Below are positions 1-8,909 of a stretch of DNA of 64,000 nucleotides, piece by piece. The stretch spans positions 1,408,001 to 1,472,000 of the forward strand of contig OZ240248.1 in the NCBI GenBank assembly GCA_965198235.1, in the 5' to 3' direction. Origin of the DNA: Candidatus Poribacteria bacterium (GTDB lineage: Bacteria; Poribacteria; WGA-4E; WGA-3G). The notes beneath the pieces were generated by a model. That model was not told where the DNA came from and did not search any database. It was given only the letters and a program-made list of their open reading frames with translations. Position numbers and translations under genes: made by a program. Each line of letters opens with the position of its first letter. Position 1 is the first letter of the stretch.

Positions 1-295
1 GCTTCAATGCGTCGCGGCTTGTAATATGCCCAGATAAATAAATTGTAGCTGTCGCGATGATTATTCCACCCATGCTTACAAGTGCAAAAGGCATACCAAC
101 AAAGTCTGTTAGGATGTCTTTTAGACGAAAATCAGGAAGAAAACGCGTTAACAAATATTCCACTAAGCTTCCGCAAAAATTCAGGGAAATAATGCCAAGG
201 AATAGCAAAAAATGTTTCCGATAGAGATTGAACGTTATACCCAGAATACCACCAAACCCCATCAGTTGGCGGGCGGACGTATCGCTGTTGTGCAT
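1..295 (-). CDS. Membrane protein, runs off the window edge (partial)
   Basis: Hand-translated from ATG 295: MHNSDTSARQLMGFGGILGITFNLYRKHFLLFLGIISLNFCG..., hydrophobic segments, GGGGA upstream, open to position 1; not in the ORF track. Confidence 0.7.
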   Translation of the reverse strand, partial: MHNSDTSARQLMGFGGILGITFNLYRKHFLLFLGIISLNFCGSLVEYLLTRFLPDFRLKDILTDFVGMPFALVSMGGIIIATATIYLSGHITSRDALK

Positions 296-363
296 CTATA
301 TATCCCCTCATTGGGCGGGCAGTGTCTAATGGACGCTGGGTTACGGCACGCGGAGCGTGCCTA

Positions 364-869
364 CTACTTTAATGAAGGTAATCCGTTAACAATATCCACC
401 GTTTCTAAACTCACCGTAGTAACCTGTCCAATCAAAGGGAGGATATATTCTGGATCTTTCTCACGATTCGGGTTGTTGACGATGCCGCTCCGTTTGTCTA
501 TCTTCACGCGATACTGATCCACTACCCACTCCAACTCAGAACGATTGCCTAACCGATACTCAAACACCCTCGCCGGGATCCTCTCTAACGTGAGGAAGTC
601 GTTGTATTTCAAACGCGTTTTATCTTTGGAGGATTTCATCCGCTCCACAGACAAATCCACTTGCATCCCCGGGGTCTCATCTGTGGAGTGTAGCGTGTCT
701 TTTCACAGACGAGGATGAGGTCTATTTGTCGACAGTAGTGTTGGAGTAAATTTTGGAAGGCAATTCGGACTGCGCCTTCATGTTCTGCGCCGACCTTCGC
801 GTATTCCTCAAGTTCGATGTAGTAGTTTTTGATGGGTTTATGTGTCGGTTTGATGCTGCGTGTTGGCAC
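364..869 (-). pseudogene. Internally deleted type ISP/IIG restriction-modification gene (only N- and C-termini left)
   Basis: N-terminus (GTG 869, RBS GGAG) PTHKPIKNYYIELEEYAKVGAEHEGAVRIAFQNLL joined out of frame near 678 to the C-terminal specificity-domain end YNDFLTLERIPARVFEYRLGNRSELEWVVDQYRVKIDKRSGIVNNPN. Confidence 0.8.
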
Positions 870-991
870 GACATTTTCTCCGTGTATTTTTGTCAATTGA
901 ATTTGGAACAATGCCAATTATACATGGATGTGAAGGGCAATTGCAAGAGAAATTGTAGAGGCTATAAACATGCCACCCCGCTCGGGAAAAC

Positions 992-1134
992 CGGCGGGGT
1001 TAGATGAAGTTTTAAAAAATATTGGAGAATAATTCTCAACCGGGAAGTATCTGTGATCCTGAAAATCCCGGTTCAGACAATTACCATCCCACATTACCGA
1101 ATTAAATTCTGAATCTTCATGAAACCTCGCCTAC
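992..1134. repeat. GTAG-type REP hairpin split in its loop by an ATGAAG...CTTCAT inverted-arm element
   Basis: CGGCGGGGTTAG | ATGAAGTTTT (1004)...ATTACCGAATTAAATTCTGAATCTTCAT (1093-1120) | GAAACCTCGCCTAC; the arm matches the reverse complement of 53831-53858. Confidence 0.7.
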
Positions 1135-1299
1135 CAATATTAAGTTGCTATAAACATGTCCTCTCATTGGCAGGAAAAATTAAAAAAAACGAACTTTTTC
1201 TCAACGGGTCTGACTAAAGATGCAAAACTAAATTGTGGACACCTTTGAAAAAAGATTGGAGGTATTCACACAATCAAAATTCCAATAGGAGAAAAGAAA

Positions 1300-1812
1300 A
1301 TGAAGCAGAAATTTTTTGCAGTTGGTGCAATCGCAGTTATCGCAATCGTGGGTTTGTTTGTTTTTGAACATGCAACGTCGGCGCAACGACCGGATCGGAA
1401 CGCACAAGGTCAACGTGGAAACCGTCAGGGCGGTCAACGAGGCGGCGGTGGAATGGCGGGAATGATGAACTATGTGTCTCTTGTTGATAACTCTTGGATT
1501 GATTTGTCGTTTGGTGTGAAAGTGGACGATGAAACGCTTGTAAAGGCGCGCCCCATCTATCAGGCGAGTCGGGACGAAGTCACGATGAAAATGGAAGAGT
1601 TACGTCAACCCGGTATGCGTGAAACTGCAACAAAGGAGATCCAGGCAATTCTCCAGAAGGTCAACACGAGTCTCAAAGAGATTTTGACTGAAGAGGAGAT
1701 GGCAAAGTTATCAGAACTAACGAAGAAGCGGATTACAGAAATGCAGCAACGTATGAACCGTTGGCGTGGCGGCGGGGATCGTCGCGGTGGTGGTGGTGGC
1801 GGTAGTCAGTAG
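1300..1812 (+). CDS. Exported helical protein with Gly/Arg/Gln-rich termini, unknown function
   Basis: N-terminal signal-like hydrophobic stretch, RBS AGGAG, followed by a terminator. Confidence 0.8.
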   Translation: MKQKFFAVGAIAVIAIVGLFVFEHATSAQRPDRNAQGQRGNRQGGQRGGGGMAGMMNYVSLVDNSWIDLSFGVKVDDETLVKARPIYQASRDEVTMKMEELRQPGMRETATKEIQAILQKVNTSLKEILTEEEMAKLSELTKKRITEMQQRMNRWRGGGDRRGGGGGGSQ

Positions 1813-1858
1813 TCGTCGCACAGCAGCAAATGCAAGTCTCATTCGTTATTACCACTCC

Positions 1859-1890
1859 AGGTCGGGCTTTTTGCCCGACCTTTCCTTTTT
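1859..1890 (+). terminator. Rho-independent terminator
   Basis: AGGTCGGGC-TTTTT-GCCCGACCT then TTCCTTTTT. Confidence 0.8.
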
Positions 1891-2070
1891 ATAGTAAAGC
1901 CCGAAAATATGTAGACAGTTGTTCAGCGAATCACCCCCACCGCCGCTGGCGAGGTTTTTAACGATCTTCCGTCAAATCCCTATGCCTTGTATCGCTACCA
2001 CCTTATTATTTTGCAGGCTGGGGTACCCAGGACAAGAATGCCTGATAAAACCGATCTGATTCGGAATAAT

Positions 2071-2169
2071 AGCCTGCGGGTGGAGCGATAATAAGACGTT
2101 CAAACCTCTGGTGAGAACGCAGTCGCTATGAAACCGAAGCCCCACGCTTTAGCGTGTGGGTGGTATCAC
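2071..2169 (+). mobile_element. Orphan IS200/IS605-type right end / TnpB omegaRNA-like scaffold, no tnpB ORF
   Basis: GCCTG..GTGGAGCGATAATAAGACGTT...AACGCAGTCGCTATGAAACCGAAG, subterminal hairpin CCCCACGC-TTTA-GCGTGTGGG, terminal TCAC at 2166-2169. Confidence 0.65.
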
Positions 2170-4668
2170 TAGTTAGAAACGCGTTCTTCAACCCAATCGA
2201 GTATCATCTCACGGTTTTCGGTATCGCCGTGTTGCTGGAACCAATTAGCGAGTTGTCTACCTGTTTCAATAAGGAGCGAATCCATCTCTTCAGATTTGCC
2301 AGGTTTTTTGACAGAAGTCAGCGCAAGTTGATATTTTTCGACCGCCACAGTCGGCTGTTTTCGATACATTAGAGAAATAGCAAGGAGGCATCGGACCTTG
2401 ACGAGGGTATCCTCTCTCATTTTATTGCCACGTCTGCGGATCAACTGAGATTCTAACGACAGTAGATTCCTAAAAGCGGGCATGTTAATCGGATCTTTCC
2501 GCAGGACGGTTTCAAAACCAGCGAACGCTTTCGCATGTTCACCTTTCACAAGATGGAGGTAACCGATAGTGTTGTAAATCTCAATGTCGCGCTCAGATTC
2601 GGGAATCGCCTCAAATTCAGCGAGCGCGGCGGTGTGCTGCCGTTGCCGCATGAGAGCGTTACCACGTCGGATTTTCAGGTTAATCTGCTCCTCCTTTGCC
2701 TGTAGATTTTCTGGTGCTTGTGCCAAAACACGCGATATTTCCAGAGCGGCACGCTCATAGTCTTCAGCACCTTGGTAGGCGTTCGCCAGACTCAACCGTA
2801 AATTCAGATCGGTAGGCACGAGCCGAAGTGCCTCTTCAAGCAGTTGGATCGCAGTCGCGTAATCTCCTGCATCGCTGAGGCTCTCGCGCATAATGATGAT
2901 AGGCCGCGATGAGGTTGTGTGAGGCATGTTCGGCGTTAGGGGTGGCGTTGTAGACGTGCTGAAATACCGACAATGCATCGGCATAATCGCCTTTTTTCAG
3001 ATATAATTCCCCAAGTAAATTACGAATATGCATTTCGTGCGGATGGAGTTTCTGCAATTCGAGATACGCCTCCACAGCTTCGTCTAATTCACCTGCTTCA
3101 CTATGTGCATTCGCCTTTCGAGTAAATGCATCGCTCAGGTTAGTTCGGGCAATTTGGAGCGTTGGCATCAACCGTAAAGCGTTGCGATACGCATCAATCG
3201 CCTCGTCCCATTTCTCACGGTTTCGTAGCGATACACCGTAATTGTTATAGCATTGTGCGAAGTTTTGCTGTGTCAGTGCGTCAACGGGATTAAGGTCGAT
3301 CGCTTTCTGATAATAGCTGATCGCCTTTTCAAATTGTCCGGCTTGGGCGTATCCGTTGCCCATGAGTTGAAAGGTAGGCGCGTCGAGAGGCACCATCTGC
3401 AGTACCTTTTCAAAAGTGGTAGTGGCGGTCTCGAAGTCTTTTGATGCCAGTGCTTTGAATCCTTTGGCTCGGAGGAGTTGATGTAGGTTTCGCCGTGCGG
3501 CTTTGTGATACGGTGCAATGTGAAGTGCCTTTTCAAACGCCTGTATCGCTTTCTCAGCATCTTTTTTCTCATAATAGAAGATGCCGAGCGTGTTGTAATC
3601 CGCTGGCGACGGTTTCTGGGTGATCCGTTTCTCAAGAAGAGCGATCGCCTCATGCGTTTCGTCTGTTTCATGGTAGGCTTGGATCAGTTTCTCTATTGCG
3701 GGTTGAAAATTGGCATCTAACTGTCTGCAGGTTTGAAAACTGTCGATTGCGGATGCTGTATCGCCTTTGTCAAAGTAGACGGTTCCGAGCAGGTAATGTG
3801 AACGGAGATGTTTTTTAATGTCTGCATAGGGTTTCTGTTCAATCTCCGCTTTCAGCATATCTATAGCGATGTCGTGTTGCGGCGTATCGAGAGGTGTCCT
3901 ATAAAGTCTCCGCAACGTGGTTATATCGCGAGCGGTCGGCTGTTGTGCTATTGCTGTCGGGTAGCTGATGTCGCCTGGGTGTGGACTGTGTCCCCATAAC
4001 CCGATTGCGTGTCCGAACTCATGAAGACACACCGTACGCATCTCTTCCTGCGAGAGTTCCCCGATAGTCGCATCCCCTTCTAACATGAGGATCACCTCGA
4101 CTGTAAATTGGCTCTTGGCTCTCGGCTGTCCACTGTCGGCGTTTGGTTGGAAGGTTGCCAGATTGGAAGATTCGGGGGCACCCAACCTTCCATTCTTCCT
4201 TTCTTCCATCCGAGAGTCTTCCACTCTCTGCTGATGGCTGACGGCTGACGGCTGATCGCTATTCTGCTGATCGCTATTCTGGAGGCGCGTGAGTTCCGCG
4301 CTGCCGAGTCTGGTGTCCTGAAAGTCAGTGAGGAGACCGGTGTAGCCCCAACTGACGCGAATGTCTGCGTTCTGAGGTATCTCTGTTTCTTCAAAACGGA
4401 TGTTGCCGTCACTGGCAGTGTGCCATGTTTGCAGAGCATATCGAATTTCAGGTAAGTACGGACTCTCTCTTAGGACAGGGGAGATGTACACCCGAATCGG
4501 CATTTCTGTAAAACGGGTGATCCTTCCCTGAGAGAAGAGTGTGATGTAGTCAAAATAGTCCGTATTCGCCGATGAGGAAGCTTCCTGCGCTGTTGCATTA
4601 TTGAGAAGGATAAAGGCAAATACTATGAAGGTAACAACGAAAAATGTCTGTAAAACTCTGGTTTGCAT
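2169..4668 (-). pseudogene. Secreted matrixin-like (M10) metalloprotease with a long TPR array, frameshifted near 2885
   Basis: Signal peptide, HEFGHAIGLWGH zinc motif, many TPRs; ORFs 2836-4668 and 2169-2984 continue one TPR array across a one-base shift at TATGCGCGAGAGCCTC. Confidence 0.8.
4108..4281 (-). repeat. Intergenic-type repeat element lying in frame (58 codons) inside the metalloprotease domain
   Basis: Arms GAATAGCGATCAGCCGTC..CCATCAGCAG and GACAGCCGAGAGCCAAGAGCCAA match intergenic 51401-51440 and 51628-51646. Confidence 0.7.
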
Positions 4669-4695
4669 AAAAAACTTTTCCTTTTCCGCGATGAA

Positions 4696-5853
4696 TTAAC
4701 TCCGACTTGCCAGTTTATTTGAGAAGATGCTGATTAATCCGCCTAACATCAAATATCCGAAAATGACTTCCAGTGTAACAAGAAAGCGCGCAGCGGCGTT
4801 GTCCGCGACGACATCACCGAAACCGAGCGTCGTGAAAGTAACAATGCTGAAATAGAAGCAGTTCCAGAAAGTTAACGGCTCGCCGCTATAGGCACCCGTC
4901 GATTGATGAAAGCGGGGAGTCCAATTTTGCACCCAGGTTGGCATCCACGTCGGGAGCGGCATGTACGCAAGTGCGAACAGAAACGCAAAGAAAAGAGACC
5001 AGAACGCCCAGAGTGCCAGACTCCGACCGTAGTCGGAGCTCCATCGCCATAACTTTGCCAATATGGGGTTTGCCTGGTTGAACGCACGTATGAACTGCTG
5101 ATCACCGACATATCGTTTGAAGAAAGGGTTCGCGACCTCGTCTATATGTCGGCTATCTAAATAGAATTCGGTGGGACGATGCTGTTTTCTGCCAAGCTTG
5201 GCTTTCACTGCGTGAAAGAGTGTGTCAGGGATATAGTGAACGTCGCGAAAGGCAGCGACAGAGATGAACTGCGCGGCGGTAAAATTGGCGGTGCCGAGAA
5301 AAGTGGCGTTATTGAACGCTGTCGTTTCAGGAAACCATGCCCCTGTGCAGTCAAGGACGCCTTGGAACAGCACACGACGAAAATTGACTTCATTTAGGAA
5401 GGTAACCTCATGAAAGACGGCGTTTTCACTGAATTGAACCCTATGGAAATCGGCGACGTTGTTAAATCTCGCCCGCCAGAAACTCGTACTCTTGTGGAAA
5501 ATTGCGCTGTGAAAATCGGCACGCCTTTGGAAGATGGCTTCACGGAACGCGCAGGGACCGTGTAAAATGGCTTCATCGAAATCGAGGTCTCCCTCAAAGA
5601 GGGTACGCCGAAAGTCCACCTCTTCTTGGAAGACGACCGTCCGAAAGTTGACGATGTTTTTAAACGTACATCCAATGCAAGAGAGTTTCTTATTAAGGAG
5701 TATCCGGTCATTTTCGTCCCGTTCCAATTCAATAAAAAAGAGGTCAACGATGCCTTCAATCGTGCAATTCGTGAAGGTAACGGATACGGCATCGCTTTGT
5801 AATGCCTCAAGAAAGGTTTGTGCTTTGATTGTTTCTCCGTGCTTCTCGTACAT
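4696..5853 (-). CDS. Pentapeptide-repeat protein fused to a 2-TM potassium-channel pore domain
   Basis: Repeated (A/V)xFxxxxF units; C-terminal YFSIVTFTTLGFGD selectivity filter between two TM helices. Confidence 0.85.
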   Translation of the reverse strand: MYEKHGETIKAQTFLEALQSDAVSVTFTNCTIEGIVDLFFIELERDENDRILLNKKLSCIGCTFKNIVNFRTVVFQEEVDFRRTLFEGDLDFDEAILHGPCAFREAIFQRRADFHSAIFHKSTSFWRARFNNVADFHRVQFSENAVFHEVTFLNEVNFRRVLFQGVLDCTGAWFPETTAFNNATFLGTANFTAAQFISVAAFRDVHYIPDTLFHAVKAKLGRKQHRPTEFYLDSRHIDEVANPFFKRYVGDQQFIRAFNQANPILAKLWRWSSDYGRSLALWAFWSLFFAFLFALAYMPLPTWMPTWVQNWTPRFHQSTGAYSGEPLTFWNCFYFSIVTFTTLGFGDVVADNAAARFLVTLEVIFGYLMLGGLISIFSNKLASRS

Positions 5854-5911
5854 CTGTTTCTTTAACCTTGATTTTGTGTTTTATATAATCGAACGGAAGG
5901 TTTGTGCTGTG

Positions 5912-7426
5912 TTAAAAACCTGTCAGAAGGTCGGCGAGCGGATTCTGGAGAATCGATTTCATTTTCGGTTGGACAATAGCACGGCTTATCCCGTCTTTGA
6001 GATGATAAACTTCCACATCTTCAGGCATTAACCAACATAACTTTGGGACACGCGCCTCCATTTTAGCAGCAGCTTCTGGATTCTTCTTTGACCGTCGTCC
6101 GGCGGTTAGGAGGTTTTTAAGAACCGCCAAAAGATACGGACTATGGGTCGTCATAACGATCTGGCTATCAATGTGATTTCGCATCAAGGCGATGATGTGC
6201 ATGAGGTGTTTCTGGGTTGTTGGATGGAGGTGTGCTTCGGGTTCTTCGATCACACGAAAAATCATTTCGTTGTAAAGCATACTCATGAAGACATCTTGTA
6301 GGATTCGAATGAGATTTTGCTGCCCTGTCGATGCGTTTTCTAAAAAAGTTGTGTTCTCACCGGTTGGGTGCGAAAAAAGTCGGGATTGAGAAATTTTGTC
6401 TATTGTTTCATATTCACCGTTTAAGATGAGGGAAATCTTCTTAAGCAAGAATTCCATTATCCGTTTATCGACTTCTCCTGATTCTTCCTCAATTCTTTCG
6501 TCAAAGAGGCTCCGAAAGTTCTGTGTGCTAAAAGTATCGAGGAATTCTTCATTTTTTTCCAAAAAGCGTGCGATGAGATGAAGATTGGCACGTGAACGGG
6601 TTGCAGTGCGCGTATGAAGATCGCTTTTTATGCCACCATAGAAGATTCTTTTAAGGGCATCTGGGTAGTTAGCAGCGATATTCCTATCTGCAGGAATAAA
6701 GAGACTGTCGCGATGTTTACCGGCTAATTTCTCGGTGATGTCACTCATTCCGATCGCCATATTCAAAATGTAATGGAACTGATCGGTGTTTTTATTTTTC
6801 TGAGACTCATCCTCTGAAGCCACATCTGTTTCTTCACGTGAGTCGGATTCCGTCGTAACGCTGTGAGACTGTTTTATGTCAACACTTTTCAGTTTCTCCA
6901 GTAAGTTGTAACAGAGGTCTTCAACTTCGTCCATAACAGCGGGTAATTCGATATGGAGCGTTTCCTCATCAGTTAACGTCAGCCTGATGGCACTTTCTGC
7001 TGTATAGTGGTAAGTGATTTCAAACGGTTTTGTAGTTTCCACCTCTTCCACGGTTGATTTTTGTTCGTTAGTGTTTTTGCTTGGGGTTTTTGCTTGGGGT
7101 TTTTGATTGGGTGTTTCCTCTGCGGATTTCCCCAGTTTTGGAAATCCTGTGGCATCACCAAAAAACTCACGGAATTTACGAGCAATTTGTGTCCGAAACA
7201 CTATTGGCAGTTCTTGTCCGGGTGTTTTCAGGTGTTCTGGTGGGTAGGAATTAATTTGTCTGATGTATTGCCGAAAGTCGCGGATTAACTCTTGAAAAAG
7301 GTAGAGCAACTTCGCGAGAACACTTTTCCCGCTGGCGGTTTCACCGATGAAAATCACCAAGGTTTTATCCATATCGATTTCTGCTTCGCGGATATTTATA
7401 AAATTTTTGACAACCAGTTTAGGCAT
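5912..7426 (-). CDS. AAA_15/AAA_21-type ABC-like ATPase (no adjacent nuclease partner)
   Basis: Walker A GETASGKS, ASTGQQ signature, VIEEPEAHLHP, TTHSPY; start taken at MPKLVVKNF. Confidence 0.85.
   Translation of the reverse strand: MPKLVVKNFINIREAEIDMDKTLVIFIGETASGKSVLAKLLYLFQELIRDFRQYIRQINSYPPEHLKTPGQELPIVFRTQIARKFREFFGDATGFPKLGKSAEETPNQKPQAKTPSKNTNEQKSTVEEVETTKPFEITYHYTAESAIRLTLTDEETLHIELPAVMDEVEDLCYNLLEKLKSVDIKQSHSVTTESDSREETDVASEDESQKNKNTDQFHYILNMAIGMSDITEKLAGKHRDSLFIPADRNIAANYPDALKRIFYGGIKSDLHTRTATRSRANLHLIARFLEKNEEFLDTFSTQNFRSLFDERIEEESGEVDKRIMEFLLKKISLILNGEYETIDKISQSRLFSHPTGENTTFLENASTGQQNLIRILQDVFMSMLYNEMIFRVIEEPEAHLHPTTQKHLMHIIALMRNHIDSQIVMTTHSPYLLAVLKNLLTAGRRSKKNPEAAAKMEARVPKLCWLMPEDVEVYHLKDGISRAIVQPKMKSILQNPLADLLTGF
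7071..7134 (-). repeat. TGGGGAAATCCGCAG / CCCCAAGCAAAAA repeat element lying in frame inside the ATPase gene
   Basis: Near-identical to intergenic copies at 8754-8833 and 53895-53937. Confidence 0.8.
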
Positions 7427-7509
7427 GGAGCCTCCAGGAAGGGGTAGAGTGTCGCTTGCAAACCGATTGCATCGTCGGTTTCCAAGCGGAATAACAGGCA
7501 ATCTTGTGG

Positions 7510-8706
7510 TTAGCCAGGGATCTGTGTCCATCCCTTGCTTGTCCGGATTGCATCAATGGCGATTTGATAACGCCAACCATCTTGAAAGGTTAGATAGGGT
7601 TCGTGTGGACGGTTCTCAATATCCGCGAGAAACTCTCGAACAAGCGCGACCCATTTATTTTGGATATCGTCACCGATCCGTGGTAGCGCATCGGTGAGTC
7701 GTTTCGGCACGGGCAATTCTTCAGCCGTGTCGTCAATATTTTTAGGCGTTGTTTGCGAGTCCATATTGTACAGCATAATCGGAGATAAAATATGTCTGCC
7801 TTGTCCGACAAGCGTCCCGTTACTGCCGTAGAAATACCAACCACCGATACGCATATGCGTTGGCACACCCGGATGCGTCCGCATGGTCACCAAGATTTTT
7901 CGTGAAGATTTCGTCTGCTTGATAGGATCCGTCTCCATCCAAAAAAGTGCCGAGAAATCGTTCTCTGCATCGCATACCTGCCACTCAAATTGAGATGCCT
8001 CTTCGACCGTAAGTTCTTTACGAACCCACACTCGAAAGTCACGAATTTCCGGCACAACCGGGGCTTCTCTGATAACTGCCCTCGCTTCACCTATAGCGGA
8101 GACAACTTTCATGCCTGTCATCCGTTCCAGCATACCGAGTCGGTGCGTGAGACTGTTGTTCAGGACACCGCCACCGTGCGCTAATGAATTCATCCAATTC
8201 CACGGTTTTATCATCTCGGAGGAGGTCCCGTTTGTAATCCGACGGTTATATCCGATGTCAACTTCTTTTAACTCACCAATGACTTTTTGCTGCGTCAGCA
8301 GTTGACGCATGTAAGCAACACTCGGATCATATAGATGTGTCGCAGCGAAGCCGTGCTTCAGTCCTGTGTCTTTGATGAGGTTGTAGATGTGTCCTGCTTC
8401 TTCCGAGGTGAGTGCTAACGGTTTTTCGCTAATGATATGGCACCCGAGGTCCACTGCCAATTCAATAACCTCGGTTCGTAAAATAGCGGGAGTTGTGAGC
8501 GCGACGATATCTGGTTTGTGTTTCAACAGACTTTTGCGCCAATCGGTTGAAGCCTCAGCTACGCCTAATCGAGAGGCGACCTTTTGCACGACCTCTGGTT
8601 TGCGACCACAGATAGCCACGACTTCAACACCGTAGTGTTGAAATGCTTTTGTGTGTCCTTCAGCTGACCAGCCGGCACCAACAACAACTGCTTTTAATTT
8701 TTTCAT
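7510..8706 (-). CDS. Gfo/Idh/MocA family oxidoreductase
   Basis: VVGAGWSA Rossmann motif, SEKPLA motif; the ORF-track extension to 8856 is repeat DNA. Confidence 0.85.
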   Translation of the reverse strand: MKKLKAVVVGAGWSAEGHTKAFQHYGVEVVAICGRKPEVVQKVASRLGVAEASTDWRKSLLKHKPDIVALTTPAILRTEVIELAVDLGCHIISEKPLALTSEEAGHIYNLIKDTGLKHGFAATHLYDPSVAYMRQLLTQQKVIGELKEVDIGYNRRITNGTSSEMIKPWNWMNSLAHGGGVLNNSLTHRLGMLERMTGMKVVSAIGEARAVIREAPVVPEIRDFRVWVRKELTVEEASQFEWQVCDAENDFSALFWMETDPIKQTKSSRKILVTMRTHPGVPTHMRIGGWYFYGSNGTLVGQGRHILSPIMLYNMDSQTTPKNIDDTAEELPVPKRLTDALPRIGDDIQNKWVALVREFLADIENRPHEPYLTFQDGWRYQIAIDAIRTSKGWTQIPG

Positions 8707-8753
8707 CAATCCCCAGGTCTCAATCGACGCGCTGCTTAAAAAGCGATGTCTCT

Positions 8754-8833
8754 TGGGGAAATCCGCAGAAATCCGCAGAAACACCCTATCAATACGCAGA
8801 AATACCCAAGCAAAAACACCCCAAGCAAAACAC
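8754..8833 (+). repeat. Intergenic copy of the TGGGGAAATCCGCAG / CCCCAAGCAAAA element
   Basis: TGGGGAAATCCGCAGAAATCCGCAGAAACACCCTATCAA...CCCAAGCAAAAACACCCCAAGCAAAACAC. Confidence 0.8.
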
Positions 8834-8867
8834 ATCACCAGCAGGGCACCTACCATTCCTCAACGAA

Positions 8868-8892
8868 TAGGCGCGCTTGGAAAGCGCGCCTA
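8868..8892. repeat. Perfect hairpin (REP-like or terminator) downstream of the DUF1501 gene
   Basis: TAGGCGCGCTT-GGA-AAGCGCGCCTA. Confidence 0.6.
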
Positions 8893-8909
8893 ACGATAAA
8901 TGTTTCAGG

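Noticed and set aside
1187-1213. RpoE-type promoter GAACTT...TCTGA
   Set aside because: The spacer is 12 nt, too short for the usual 16.
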